Below, one piece after another: positions 25,884-35,528 of a stretch of 55,481 bases of DNA (its first letter is position 1; every line of letters starts with the position of its first letter). The position numbers were made by a program, and so were the translations under genes. Where the stretch lies: the IMG/VR virus record IMGVR_UViG_3300050014_000090, positions 1 to 55,481 of that record; one strand, written 5' to 3'. Origin of the DNA: a virus (Duplodnaviria; Caudoviricetes). The notes under the pieces were generated by a model. It saw nothing but the letters and a program-made list of their open reading frames with translations. It ran no database searches and was not told the origin of the DNA.

Positions 25884-26122
25884 TGAGGATAGAACGCCTC
25901 AATGCTATATAACAATAACCAAATAACTAAATATCTCGCTATTCTGAGGGACGGCCCCCACCCTAAAAAATTGAGCACAACATTAATATATACAGAACAG
26001 AAACAGATACACGAACCTATTTTAGCGGCAATTCTTATAGGCGGCTATTTAGCCGTCAATTTGTGGTCACTTGAGGACAATCTTTTTTCATGGGGTCATC
26101 CTCGGAGAAGTGAGATATTTGG

Positions 26123-26524
26123 TTATTTTTTCAAGTGATACGCTATCGCGTCGGGATGATCGCACATCGCGTTCTTGAGATCATAATACCACTGTCTTAA
26201 AAGAAGCTTGACATCGACAGTAGTGACGTCCTCAATCATAATCGTGATCCGCCCCAAGTCGTCAACGATGGCGATGATTAGCTGATACAAATGATATTCA
26301 TTCGTTTTATATAGCGCCTTCTCTACCTGCTCGGCCTTCTCTTTTCTCTTGCGCTCCTCCTCGGGAGTTAGGTATTGAGGGTCAGCTTCGCATTCTTGGA
26401 GCGTCCGAATTAGGTTTGCTCCGGTCATGGACTCCTCGATCGTTGCCATGCGCATGGCGATCCGGTTGCATCGGATCGCATCGCGGGGATCGTCGCAGAT
26501 CCTCCCTATATTCGGAATTATCAT
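26123..26524 (-). CDS. Hypothetical protein
   Basis: GAGG RBS; 133 aa. Confidence 0.55.
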   Translation of the reverse strand: MIIPNIGRICDDPRDAIRCNRIAMRMATIEESMTGANLIRTLQECEADPQYLTPEEERKRKEKAEQVEKALYKTNEYHLYQLIIAIVDDLGRITIMIEDVTTVDVKLLLRQWYYDLKNAMCDHPDAIAYHLKK

Positions 26525-26542
26525 CGTCCTCTTGATAAGAAT

Positions 26543-26570
26543 AAAAAATAGGCTACGAATAGCCTATTAA
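26543..26570 (-). terminator. Intrinsic terminator-like hairpin
   Basis: AATAGGCTA-TTCG-TAGCCTATT followed by T run. Confidence 0.65.
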
Positions 26571-26574
26571 TAGA

Positions 26575-26874
26575 CTACTTTTTCATCTCAAGCATGAGCT
26601 GTTGCGTCCTCTTGACAGTGTCGTTTATCACGATGCCCATGCCGATCACGTATCCCGCGATCACGGAACCCGCTGCAATCGGGACGACAATGTTGCCACT
26701 CGCTGCAAGCGTCGCAATGCCGCCGATGATGGCTATCACGATAATGACGATCTTGTGCGATGCCGCACTCAGATCGGCCACATCCTCAGCCAGTGTATGC
26801 AACACGACGCCGATCACAAGACCCGCGACGAGACACACAAAATCAACCGTGCTCGGATCGACTACTATTGCCAT
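26575..26874 (-). CDS. Multi-pass membrane protein (holin candidate)
   Basis: About three hydrophobic segments; GGAGGTGA RBS. Confidence 0.55.
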   Translation of the reverse strand: MAIVVDPSTVDFVCLVAGLVIGVVLHTLAEDVADLSAASHKIVIIVIAIIGGIATLAASGNIVVPIAAGSVIAGYVIGMGIVINDTVKRTQQLMLEMKK

Positions 26875-27067
26875 TGTTCTCACCTCCCTCTGTTTTCTCG
26901 ATTCGCTTTGCCATATTCTCTATTGCGTCGGAAACGCTAACCTCCTTACCCCATTCGATTTGAAGCTTCCCCGCGAATCGTATGATCGCCGCATGTGCAG
27001 CGTTCGTTATATGGATTGTCTTATGTTCTCTGAACCAACGACTCTGACTTTGTGGAATGCCCCTCAT
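26843..27067 (-). CDS. RHH-like protein
   Basis: HKTIHIT..AHA.I...AG.LQ.E.G..VSVSDAI. Confidence 0.55.
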   Translation of the reverse strand: MRGIPQSQSRWFREHKTIHITNAAHAAIIRFAGKLQIEWGKEVSVSDAIENMAKRIEKTEGGENNGNSSRSEHG

Positions 27068-27085
27068 ATCTCAACTCTAAATGTG

Positions 27086-29035
27086 TCAAATCGGCCCGTA
27101 GGCCACGGTGCTGTCTCCGATTATAGTCACTGCATTCAACCCTTCGAGTTGCGCGTATGCCATGCCCTCGGCGTCAACGTTCTGAACTAATACTCGGGCA
27201 TTATACATCTTTGTGACGTCAGGAGTGAAGGTGAGGGAGAGCATGCGCCAGTGATCCATCTCGTCGGGAAGTGTTACCTCTACAAGCGCCGAGTCGCCGA
27301 ATCCATAGAGCGGGTCGGCCGACGGGTCGATGATTTGGAACTTGGCCGTGCCGCCGAGAAATTCCTTTTTCATGACGATTGATATGTTGAACGTGTCCCC
27401 GAGTTTGCCGAGGAATGTTGTGTCCCAATAGATCGGGAGGTTGGCTTGTTGGATCACAAATTGCCACGTTGGAACTCCTGCATAGGTCTCGAGCGTTTGC
27501 ATAAAAGAGTAGCCGCCGACGCACCATGTCCGATGCATGCCGAGGTTCCCGTTGTGGTCGTATGAGTCGTTTGAATACCACTGCTTTGTCGCGGCCATCA
27601 ACGGAACGCCGAGCGTCAGCGGGTTCCCAAGGGTCAGGCCGTAACATACGGCTTCATATTCGTTTATGAAGTCGACGACGTTGTTGTTGAACGCGCAGTT
27701 GATATAGGTATTTGACCCCCCGCCTGACGCCCCGAGGCTTGCTCCTTGGAACATACAATTATTGAACAGAGACGTGTCAATCCCGTTTATGCATGTGACT
27801 TCCATGTTCGCTATCGTGACGTTCTTGCCTTGAACTCCGGTGATATTTGAGATCCCTACATTCGCACCCACTATGACACAGTCTTGCATGAAGATTGAGC
27901 CGATCATGCTGTCGAGGAATGCGCCGTGCGTCGGGTCGGTTTGTGCGTTGACCGCCGTGCTCTTTGTGATAATAACGCCGCCGGGGTTGCTATAAAGCGC
28001 CGGGGAGCTGTTTCCTTGGATCGTGAAGGCGTTGATCACATACGAATCGGGGAGGCCGTGCGCGAGGTGCGCCCCACCTGCAAGCCATAAGCCACTAAGC
28101 GAATCAAACGTGCTCACCTCTGTCGCAAATAACGGGGCCGGGACTCCTGCCGCGACGGGAGCGTTGATATAGATCGGTCGGGAGACGTGCGCGACAATCT
28201 CGCCGATAATTCGATTCTCTCCGAGAGCTTCGGTGAGTGTGATCGTTTGCGTGGCTGAATTATACGAATAGACTTCATAGATCCCGGATTGTGCTTCGTC
28301 AAACATTCCCTGATCGATTGAACTGCCAATGATTATCATGTCTCCACTGTTGATCATCAGGTCGTCCGCGACGGTGACGGTCGTGTCGCCGACTACCTGC
28401 GGAAGTGTGAGCGTCGTCTCGTTGGTTAGGTCATACCAACCGAATATCGAGCAGTTTGCGACCTTGATCAGGCCGCCCGGCGGCGTGTTGCCAAGGACGA
28501 GGATCGCGGCCCTGTGCGCCATGCCGATGGGAGTCGCGGCGATCGGATCGCTTGCTGAGTTTCCGATAAAGAGTGCTCCCTCGCCGGTGATCTGTGTCGA
28601 GTCCTGTATCGCCAGTGTTGGCGTCAGTGTGAACGGAGTGAGCGCCGTGCCGGTGATCGGTGAGGCCGTGGCAAAACATAGCGTGCCGTGGATCACGATC
28701 CCTTTGTGGCCGATGTTAAATGCTGACTCATCGAGATCAAAGTGAACGATGTCTCCGGCTGCGATCGATACGCCGTTGCCGTCCCCGGGAACCACGCCTC
28801 CGGCCCACGTTGCCGAGTCGCTCCATAGCATATCCCCACCACGCCCGCTCGAGGCGACCCCCGCGTCAGCGATGGCGGTTGCTACTCCTGCTTTCATCTC
28901 GGCCGTCACCACGTCGGGATAACAGCCCGGGTCGTATTGAACCGTCGGGTCGCGGACTGCAAGGACTTCCGAGCAATCAGCGTCGCCGTATTGCGTCGCT
29001 CCGACGCAGGTCGTGATTATAGTGACATCGGTCAT
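27086..29035 (-). CDS. Large beta-helix/adhesin-like virion protein
   Basis: WSDSATW.GGVVP..G.V.I.AG..V.FD start; pectin-lyase-like repeats; start revised to MTDVT. Confidence 0.65.
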   Translation of the reverse strand: MTDVTIITTCVGATQYGDADCSEVLAVRDPTVQYDPGCYPDVVTAEMKAGVATAIADAGVASSGRGGDMLWSDSATWAGGVVPGDGNGVSIAAGDIVHFDLDESAFNIGHKGIVIHGTLCFATASPITGTALTPFTLTPTLAIQDSTQITGEGALFIGNSASDPIAATPIGMAHRAAILVLGNTPPGGLIKVANCSIFGWYDLTNETTLTLPQVVGDTTVTVADDLMINSGDMIIIGSSIDQGMFDEAQSGIYEVYSYNSATQTITLTEALGENRIIGEIVAHVSRPIYINAPVAAGVPAPLFATEVSTFDSLSGLWLAGGAHLAHGLPDSYVINAFTIQGNSSPALYSNPGGVIITKSTAVNAQTDPTHGAFLDSMIGSIFMQDCVIVGANVGISNITGVQGKNVTIANMEVTCINGIDTSLFNNCMFQGASLGASGGGSNTYINCAFNNNVVDFINEYEAVCYGLTLGNPLTLGVPLMAATKQWYSNDSYDHNGNLGMHRTWCVGGYSFMQTLETYAGVPTWQFVIQQANLPIYWDTTFLGKLGDTFNISIVMKKEFLGGTAKFQIIDPSADPLYGFGDSALVEVTLPDEMDHWRMLSLTFTPDVTKMYNARVLVQNVDAEGMAYAQLEGLNAVTIIGDSTVAYGPI

Positions 29036-29045
29036 TTTTGATCCC

Positions 29046-29309
29046 CTACCATAAACGTGATATTGCGACGAACGCGACTGAGCCAACGATCGCAACGATC
29101 ACGCCGACCAGTGTCGTGATAATGAGTGATCGCTGTGCGTTCATCTTGTCAAACATTGAGTCCTTAAATTGCTCTTGCCCTTCGTCCTGTTTGTCAAGGT
29201 GATCCTTTAACTCTTTGTTGCCCGCCTGTAAGTCGTCAATACGCTCGTCATATCGGGCGCATTGATCCTCAAGTTTCATGACTCGCTGTTCAATGTCTTT
29301 TAAGCTCAT
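29046..29309 (-). CDS. Coiled-coil protein with C-terminal membrane helix (XhlA-like lysis accessory candidate)
   Basis: EQRVMKLE coiled coil; LIITTLVGVIVAIVG. Confidence 0.55.
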   Translation of the reverse strand: MSLKDIEQRVMKLEDQCARYDERIDDLQAGNKELKDHLDKQDEGQEQFKDSMFDKMNAQRSLIITTLVGVIVAIVGSVAFVAISRLW

Positions 29310-29803
29310 ATTGATACCCCCAATGCTAACCGAAGACCATACGCAAGCAAAAACGCAATCGCGGCGATGCCAAATGATAAGGTGATGCGTCGCGGAAACT
29401 CACTCCAAAAATACCGGTCTTCCGGCTTTGTTATATATTTTGTAAATCCAACGACCACGATAAACGCAAGGATAAGCGTTCCGATAAGTGCGTGTGCGTA
29501 TCCCGACAGGAGTAGGAACGGCAGGATAAGGATTATAGCGATTCCAAAATACATACCGCCAGTTCGCAGCGATGCACTTATGGGACTTCGCACATTTGTA
29601 TCGAAGCACTTTTCTGTATCCTTCTCGAGGTATTCGCTTGATGCCATGCTGAACGTTCCGGCGAGAGCGGTGATTAGCGCGGCCAAGGCGATCAGTCGCG
29701 TGTTCTGTAACGCGATGGTGAAGCCTGCGATCGCTGCGGTGATCTCAACGATTGAGTCATTAGTTCCCATCGTCATAGCGCCGAGATAACCCGGGTCAGT
29801 CAT
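29306..29803 (-). CDS. VIT1/CCC1-family Fe/Mn transporter membrane domain
   Basis: G.ND.IVE...IAG and AGTFSMASSEYL; five hydrophobic helices. Confidence 0.85.
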   Translation of the reverse strand: MTDPGYLGAMTMGTNDSIVEITAAIAGFTIALQNTRLIALAALITALAGTFSMASSEYLEKDTEKCFDTNVRSPISASLRTGGMYFGIAIILILPFLLLSGYAHALIGTLILAFIVVVGFTKYITKPEDRYFWSEFPRRITLSFGIAAIAFLLAYGLRLALGVSI

Positions 29804-30230
29804 GTTTTACCAGCTCGAGCAATAATCTCGTTTGTTTAAGTAACTCCTCATCTTGTGCCGATAGGTGCTTGCCAACCTCGCCCAAATCATGATAACTCTT
29901 TTGCGTGGTGTTGAACTGTTCCTCTGCTTGCATCTCTGACTTTTTACCAAGGATGTTTTGCCCTACCATGATGATCGGCAGGATGGTTAGCGACAGGAAC
30001 GAAGATGTGAGCCACATTATGATCCAATACAAAGTATTCGGGAGCCATCCAAGTATCGCGCCTAAACCGATAAAGCAAATTATCGTAAATAGGTAAGCTG
30101 TCCACATTGAGCCTACGTGTTGAGTGAGGATAACCGCTAACCGTGCGTTAAACCCTGTTTGCTCTAGCTTGTAACGCTCATTTGTATTAACCGGCTTATG
30201 CGAGTGAGGTATGTGTTCGTAAAGTTTCAT
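29796..30230 (-). CDS. DUF1003-like membrane protein
   Basis: RLAV.LT..VGSMW.AY.F...LPIIMVGQN; ATGA coupling. Confidence 0.75.
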   Translation of the reverse strand: MKLYEHIPHSHKPVNTNERYKLEQTGFNARLAVILTQHVGSMWTAYLFTIICFIGLGAILGWLPNTLYWIIMWLTSSFLSLTILPIIMVGQNILGKKSEMQAEEQFNTTQKSYHDLGEVGKHLSAQDEELLKQTRLLLELVKHD

Positions 30231-30952
30231 GGCAGTGTCGGGAGACCTCCAAATGTATGAGTCATTAAGGTGATAATGACGATGAACAGGAAAAAGGCGA
30301 CCGTCAAGGATGCGGTGATAATCTTCCATTGTAAATTACTTGTCGACTCCGCTTGCTTCTTAATAAAATCTACTCTAAGTGCTGCAATCTCCTGACCCGA
30401 TTCTCGTCTTGCTTCGGCAAGTCTATCAATGGCACGCTGCACACTTTCCAACGCAACACGTTCGACCTCAGCCATGCGAGCGGCTCCTGCTTGCTTCATC
30501 TCGGACATTCTTCTCTCTAATTCCGCGATCTCCGCTCGTATGTGAACCTCCCGGTTATCCGCCCGTTCTCTCACGGCCGTATCGCTTTCGACGTCACGTC
30601 CGATCCCATTGCGTTCTATCTGATTTTCCCGGTTTGCTATACTGATGTCCATCGCATCAACTTTTTTAACGAGTTCGTTTATTCCATGAGCTACATCATC
30701 GAGCATTCCGTTTTGTCGCTTGCTGTTCGTTTCATACGCCCTGAGCCGTTCGTCGTGCTGTCCGATAGCGATCTGACAGGTATTCACTCCGGTATTTATC
30801 TCATTGAGTTCTGTGCGGTGTATGTCGAGACGCTTGATTATCTCATCGTCCACTGTTCTCCCTCCCCATCGTTTTTGTTCCGTCGGGCCTTCTTTTTGCG
30901 TCGCCGTCGCCTCCCATCGTGCTTTTTGTCGCTTCCGGCCATGATCAGGCAT
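30227..30952 (-). CDS. Coiled-coil protein with C-terminal membrane helix
   Basis: Heptads then WKIITASLTVAFFLFIVIITL; start uncertain. Confidence 0.55.
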   Translation of the reverse strand: MPDHGRKRQKARWEATATQKEGPTEQKRWGGRTVDDEIIKRLDIHRTELNEINTGVNTCQIAIGQHDERLRAYETNSKRQNGMLDDVAHGINELVKKVDAMDISIANRENQIERNGIGRDVESDTAVRERADNREVHIRAEIAELERRMSEMKQAGAARMAEVERVALESVQRAIDRLAEARRESGQEIAALRVDFIKKQAESTSNLQWKIITASLTVAFFLFIVIITLMTHTFGGLPTLP

Positions 30953-32564
30953 CGTAACTTGAGCCGTTTGGTGCTGTGCATTGGCTCCGGTTAAATCGTA
31001 TCCAATTCGGATTTATGTTTGATCCGCCCGCGTATGTGCATTTGATATTGTTCGCGGTCGTGTAGGCGGCATACCATGCCTCGTTGTTGGTGACTATGTT
31101 GGCGTTGACGAGGTTGTCCATGTAGATTCCATAGGCCGGTTTATAGCTCGAATAGCCGTTCTCAGTCCAAAAGTTATTTCCTGTGATAAAGTTGCCCTGC
31201 GTGAGCTGACCCCACATGGCGATATGCGAGTGAGCGTTGTTGGCGTCGAGGCTGTTCGTGTTGAAGTGATTGTTCTCGATATTGTTGCGATAAACGGTCA
31301 GGCTTCCCGTCGAGGAGCTGCTCAGTTGCATTCCATCATACCAATTATACCCGATCGTGTTGTTGTTGATGATGTTAGCCGACGCCCCGATCGATCCCGT
31401 TGCTCCGATGAGTTGCATCCCGATCCTGTTGTATTTGATCTGATTGTTAGTGATGATTCCTTGCGACCCAGTTGTCACGATCCCGGCGTTGCATGAGTTC
31501 CCGACATAACATCCCTCGATTCGATGCCCATATGAGTTGTCGCCGGAACTTACTGAGTTAATAAAGATCCCTGTATCCTTGCAGTGGCTGATATAAAGGT
31601 TGCGGAACGTGTCAAGGATTCCATCGTTGACGGTGATCGCATTTGAGCCGCTAACAATTGTCGGGAATGCGCCACGATTCGGAGGCGTGCCGCCGCCATC
31701 GAGGAACATCTCAGTCACAGTACACCAGCTCGCATTATCGAGCAGTATTATCGGGTTTGCGCCTCCGGCTGAATAGATACGTGTTCCCCATCCGAGACCT
31801 CTAAGTGTCGTTGATCCGGGCATGGTGATCGCGCCGTCCGTGAAAAAGTTTCCCTCGGACAAAAGCACCGTCCCGTTCCCGCGACCGAGGCCGCCATACG
31901 AGCCGCCCGGTGAGACTGCAATAAGGCCCGCGTTTATGATGTCCTCGGCGTGTGTATAACCGGCCGGTATAACTGCGTCGGCATTCGCACGGATCAGTGG
32001 AGATGCCGTGTCCGCCGCGATAACGTAGGTTGCTGACTTGGCTGCGCCGCCGTTGACAAAGTTCCGCATGTCGCGTATGTTCGCCGACGAGAGCGTGGAG
32101 GCATTATATGGAATCGTGACACACGCGAGCGGGATTTGCCACTTTTGTTGATATTCTTGAATCAATGTCGGCGGCTGCGGCGTCCCGCTGAGTGAACCGT
32201 TGCCTGCGGGATAGGTCGCGCCCGCAGTTCCCGGCATAACTTTCACGGTGATTCCCGCGCCGGTTCCCCATTTTAGCTCAAGGACGATCAGGTCGGCCCT
32301 CGAGCCGCTCTGACTTGTATTCACTCCCGGATTGAGCGCGAGTTGTGGGTTCCCGTCGTTAAGATAAAAGACCCCTTGAATCCACGCCGAGCCGCTGTCG
32401 ATTAAGACCTGTCGGTTCGCGCCGCCGGTCGTCGTGACCGCGAGTTGATTGACTACGTCCTGTGGGATAGCCATGACGCCGGTCGGCATCCAATATCGCG
32501 CCATTTGCGCCCACATATCCTCATTCATGGCCGTTGTATCAAACGGAAAACTTGTTTCAGTCAT
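30945..32564 (-). CDS. Tail fibre/spike with right-handed beta-helix
   Basis: N-terminal SFPFD...G.AWIQG...R.D.IVL...PTL.Q...WQIPLA adaptor; I.NN.I..N...G repeats. Confidence 0.8.
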   Translation of the reverse strand: MTETSFPFDTTAMNEDMWAQMARYWMPTGVMAIPQDVVNQLAVTTTGGANRQVLIDSGSAWIQGVFYLNDGNPQLALNPGVNTSQSGSRADLIVLELKWGTGAGITVKVMPGTAGATYPAGNGSLSGTPQPPTLIQEYQQKWQIPLACVTIPYNASTLSSANIRDMRNFVNGGAAKSATYVIAADTASPLIRANADAVIPAGYTHAEDIINAGLIAVSPGGSYGGLGRGNGTVLLSEGNFFTDGAITMPGSTTLRGLGWGTRIYSAGGANPIILLDNASWCTVTEMFLDGGGTPPNRGAFPTIVSGSNAITVNDGILDTFRNLYISHCKDTGIFINSVSSGDNSYGHRIEGCYVGNSCNAGIVTTGSQGIITNNQIKYNRIGMQLIGATGSIGASANIINNNTIGYNWYDGMQLSSSSTGSLTVYRNNIENNHFNTNSLDANNAHSHIAMWGQLTQGNFITGNNFWTENGYSSYKPAYGIYMDNLVNANIVTNNEAWYAAYTTANNIKCTYAGGSNINPNWIRFNRSQCTAPNGSSYDA

Positions 32565-32566
32565 TA

Positions 32567-34777
32567 TTATGTACCTCCTGTTGGCGGTGCTCGCTTATGG
32601 TCGCGAAGTACGACGCTAATCCCGGCGGGCATTGCCGACGGAACCGGATTAACGGGCACAAGTGTCAGGTCTTGCGGTGATGGCGGTGTCGTTGTCGGGC
32701 CTCCCGGCGTCGTGGTTCCTCCCGGTGCTGCGGGGATCACGCCGCCCGGCTGTGCCGCTGGCTCCGTCGTGGAGATAGACGCAAGGCCGCCGAGGTTCTC
32801 CCATGCATACCATGAGTCCCCGTTGCCATACGTGTGATAAATCTGACCGTCGGTTCCCGCGACAAAGACGTGATAGTTTGTCGCGTCCGCACAAACTCCC
32901 GGCCCGGTTCCTGTTGCGAGCGTCCCGCCTAACTCGAGCCATGCTGCGTCCCATGCGCCATCATTCCACTCGAGCATGTAAAGATGGCCGTTGTCCTTGC
33001 CCTGTGCAAAGACGGCGAGTTGCGTTCTTGATGGGATAGCGCCTACTCCGGGAGATGCGGTCGTTTGGAATCCTCCTTGTGAGAGGTTCTCCCAAGCCGA
33101 CGACCAACTGCCGCCGCTGCTCAATCTGTATTTGTGATAGACTGCGCCGTCTGTCCCGGTCACAAAGACGTCAAGCCGTCCCGTCGCAAATGAACACGCA
33201 CACGGCCCCGTCTCTGCGAGAAGCACTCCGCCGAGGCTTGTCCATGATCCCCAGGTGCTGCCGTTCCATTCTTTATACCAACAAGCGCCGTCGCCGCCTC
33301 GGCAAAAGACTGTCACCTCATTGGTCGCGTCGGAAGTCGCCCCGACCGCCGACGTGCTGACCCCCGCCAAGTTTTGCCACGCCCATCCGTTCGCGTTGCT
33401 CGCGTGATACACATTGTTCGTCGTGCCGGTGACAAATGCGTCTATCCGATCGCCGCCCCATGAAGCAGCGCCGACGCCTGCTCCCGAGTATGCGACTCCG
33501 CCGATGCTTTTCCAAACGCCCCATGTGCCGTTCTGTTGCTGTTTGACATAGACTTGATTATCGGTTCCTCGCACCAAGACGGCGAGTTCGTTGGTGTTAG
33601 GAGTGCAGGCCGCCGGAGTTGAACCTTCGTATCCTCCCGAAGTGAGGCTCACGACGCCGCCCCACGTTATCGTCAGGTCGTTGCCCCAATTGCCCGAGGC
33701 TCCCTTTGCATTATAATGATACACGCCCGTCTTTTTGGGACTCGGGATCACGCCGCTGAAATTGCCTTTGGCATCCGGCTGGATCGTCCCGATAGTTGTG
33801 AGGCCGCCGCTCGGATCTTTTTGCACAATCGACACGGCCGTCGCATCCGGTTTGTTTGCGATCCATCCTCCGGCATTCGTGACCCATCCCTGCACGCCGC
33901 TGATGCCGCTTGATTTGTTCACGTCGACCGTCGCCTTGTAGAGTGAAGTCGTCGGAGCGCCTGTGATTCCGCACCATATATGTTTACATGGACAGTTTGC
34001 GATGGGCGTTGTGCCGCCTCCGCCGTTAGGGACAACACCACCCGCCCATAGCGGAACATCATCAGCCCAATTGCCGCCGTTCGCAAGGTCTAGGACGGCG
34101 TTGTCCTCGCGCCACGAATAAAGGTAACAGCCACATGGGAACCCGCCACAGTTTGAAGCGTCGTTACATCCTGAGCCGACTTGTATGCAGTTGCCGATTC
34201 CATAACTATTCGCCACAGGCCCGTCGGAAGACACGGAGACTTGAAAATAATAGTTAGTATTCAACTGTAAATTATAGTTAAAATCAACATATAATGCGCC
34301 TTCACTCCCGGGACTCGGTGATATTTGAACGGGCCGACTGCTCCCTACTCCGAGGTAGAACTTCGCATCAAGATAACTCGCTCCGGCTATTTCGACGGAG
34401 AAGTGCCAAATCCCATGCTGAGTCAAGACTCCGTTGGTATAATCACACTCCTCATGGAGATAACCATAAAACGTGTCTGCTCCGGCCGACCACAGTTTGC
34501 CATCGTTGCCGACAAGATAGCCGTCGATAACACCGTTGACGGGCCACCATCGGGCGGTTCTAAGTCCGATTTGCCATGTGTGCTGAGTCGGATTGCTGAC
34601 GCCGGGAACTATTATCCCATCTTTTGCTCCCGTCAGCGGCCCCCACATCGGATGTCCCAATGAGTTAGTTCCATATTGATTTCGAGCCGCTTGGCCGTTG
34701 TAAGCAGATCCTCCAGTACCATAGTTTGTGATGGTCGGCGAGTTCTTGTCAAATTTATACCAAATGTACTGCGACAT
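32567..34777 (-). CDS. Tail-associated protein with PLL-type lectin propeller
   Basis: About six W..LGG/GR.D.FVTG.D repeats; N-domain paralogous to junction-spanning gene. Confidence 0.75.
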   Translation of the reverse strand: MSQYIWYKFDKNSPTITNYGTGGSAYNGQAARNQYGTNSLGHPMWGPLTGAKDGIIVPGVSNPTQHTWQIGLRTARWWPVNGVIDGYLVGNDGKLWSAGADTFYGYLHEECDYTNGVLTQHGIWHFSVEIAGASYLDAKFYLGVGSSRPVQISPSPGSEGALYVDFNYNLQLNTNYYFQVSVSSDGPVANSYGIGNCIQVGSGCNDASNCGGFPCGCYLYSWREDNAVLDLANGGNWADDVPLWAGGVVPNGGGGTTPIANCPCKHIWCGITGAPTTSLYKATVDVNKSSGISGVQGWVTNAGGWIANKPDATAVSIVQKDPSGGLTTIGTIQPDAKGNFSGVIPSPKKTGVYHYNAKGASGNWGNDLTITWGGVVSLTSGGYEGSTPAACTPNTNELAVLVRGTDNQVYVKQQQNGTWGVWKSIGGVAYSGAGVGAASWGGDRIDAFVTGTTNNVYHASNANGWAWQNLAGVSTSAVGATSDATNEVTVFCRGGDGACWYKEWNGSTWGSWTSLGGVLLAETGPCACSFATGRLDVFVTGTDGAVYHKYRLSSGGSWSSAWENLSQGGFQTTASPGVGAIPSRTQLAVFAQGKDNGHLYMLEWNDGAWDAAWLELGGTLATGTGPGVCADATNYHVFVAGTDGQIYHTYGNGDSWYAWENLGGLASISTTEPAAQPGGVIPAAPGGTTTPGGPTTTPPSPQDLTLVPVNPVPSAMPAGISVVLRDHKRAPPTGGT

Positions 34778-34778
34778 C

Positions 34779-35522
34779 TTATGTGCCTCTCATCCCTTTT
34801 CTGACGCCAAAGCGGTCGATAAGTCCTTGGAACGTTCCGTTAAAACTGCCTTTGACAAAAGAGCAAATATCATAGCCAATCCCGCAATAGAATAGGACGT
34901 TATCGCATAGAAGACCATACGCTCTCGCCTTGTTGATCAAATCGATATACCAGTTGACGCCGACGTTCATGCAGTCTGACATGCCGATACAAATCCCGAC
35001 TTCCTGAGCGCCCGCGCTATATGCGCTGCTCATTTGCATTATCGCTGAATTTGGTGACGGGGAGCAACCATCATCGCCGACAAATGTCCTGATATAATCG
35101 ACGTGCTTGTCGTTCATTGGATGGTTCCACGGATCGGCATACGCATTGATCTGACCGTCGTCAATGCCGTCATAATCCTGACCGCCCGGGCCGCCGAGGT
35201 TACAATATCGTAAGTAATTATTGACAACGCGAATAACGTCTCCACCACATCCCGCTCCTGCGATCATGTCCCATCCCAAGTTTTTAGCGGCATTGATAGC
35301 GCCGCCAAATTGCTCTCCTTGCGTCCCGGGCCCGTTCCCGGGATCATTAAAAGGATTCCACGTTGCATACGTGATTCCGGCATCGTGGATGAACCCGGGA
35401 TTCGGGATCGTCGACGTGTCTTGTGTGACAATGCCCGCCTCGTCAACGCCGCAATCTGCGAGCCAGCCTATATCGCTGATGCTTCCGCCTTGGCAAATGA
35501 TTCGTAGTCCGAGTTCTGTCAA
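34779..35522 (-). CDS. Tail-module paralog of the 21465..22640 N-terminal domain
   Basis: Colinear motifs ND.G, GW, GG.G, HP, EVGICIG, YI. Confidence 0.65.
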   Translation of the reverse strand: MTELGLRIICQGGSISDIGWLADCGVDEAGIVTQDTSTIPNPGFIHDAGITYATWNPFNDPGNGPGTQGEQFGGAINAAKNLGWDMIAGAGCGGDVIRVVNNYLRYCNLGGPGGQDYDGIDDGQINAYADPWNHPMNDKHVDYIRTFVGDDGCSPSPNSAIMQMSSAYSAGAQEVGICIGMSDCMNVGVNWYIDLINKARAYGLLCDNVLFYCGIGYDICSFVKGSFNGTFQGLIDRFGVRKGMRGT

Positions 35523-35528
35523 TTACTT

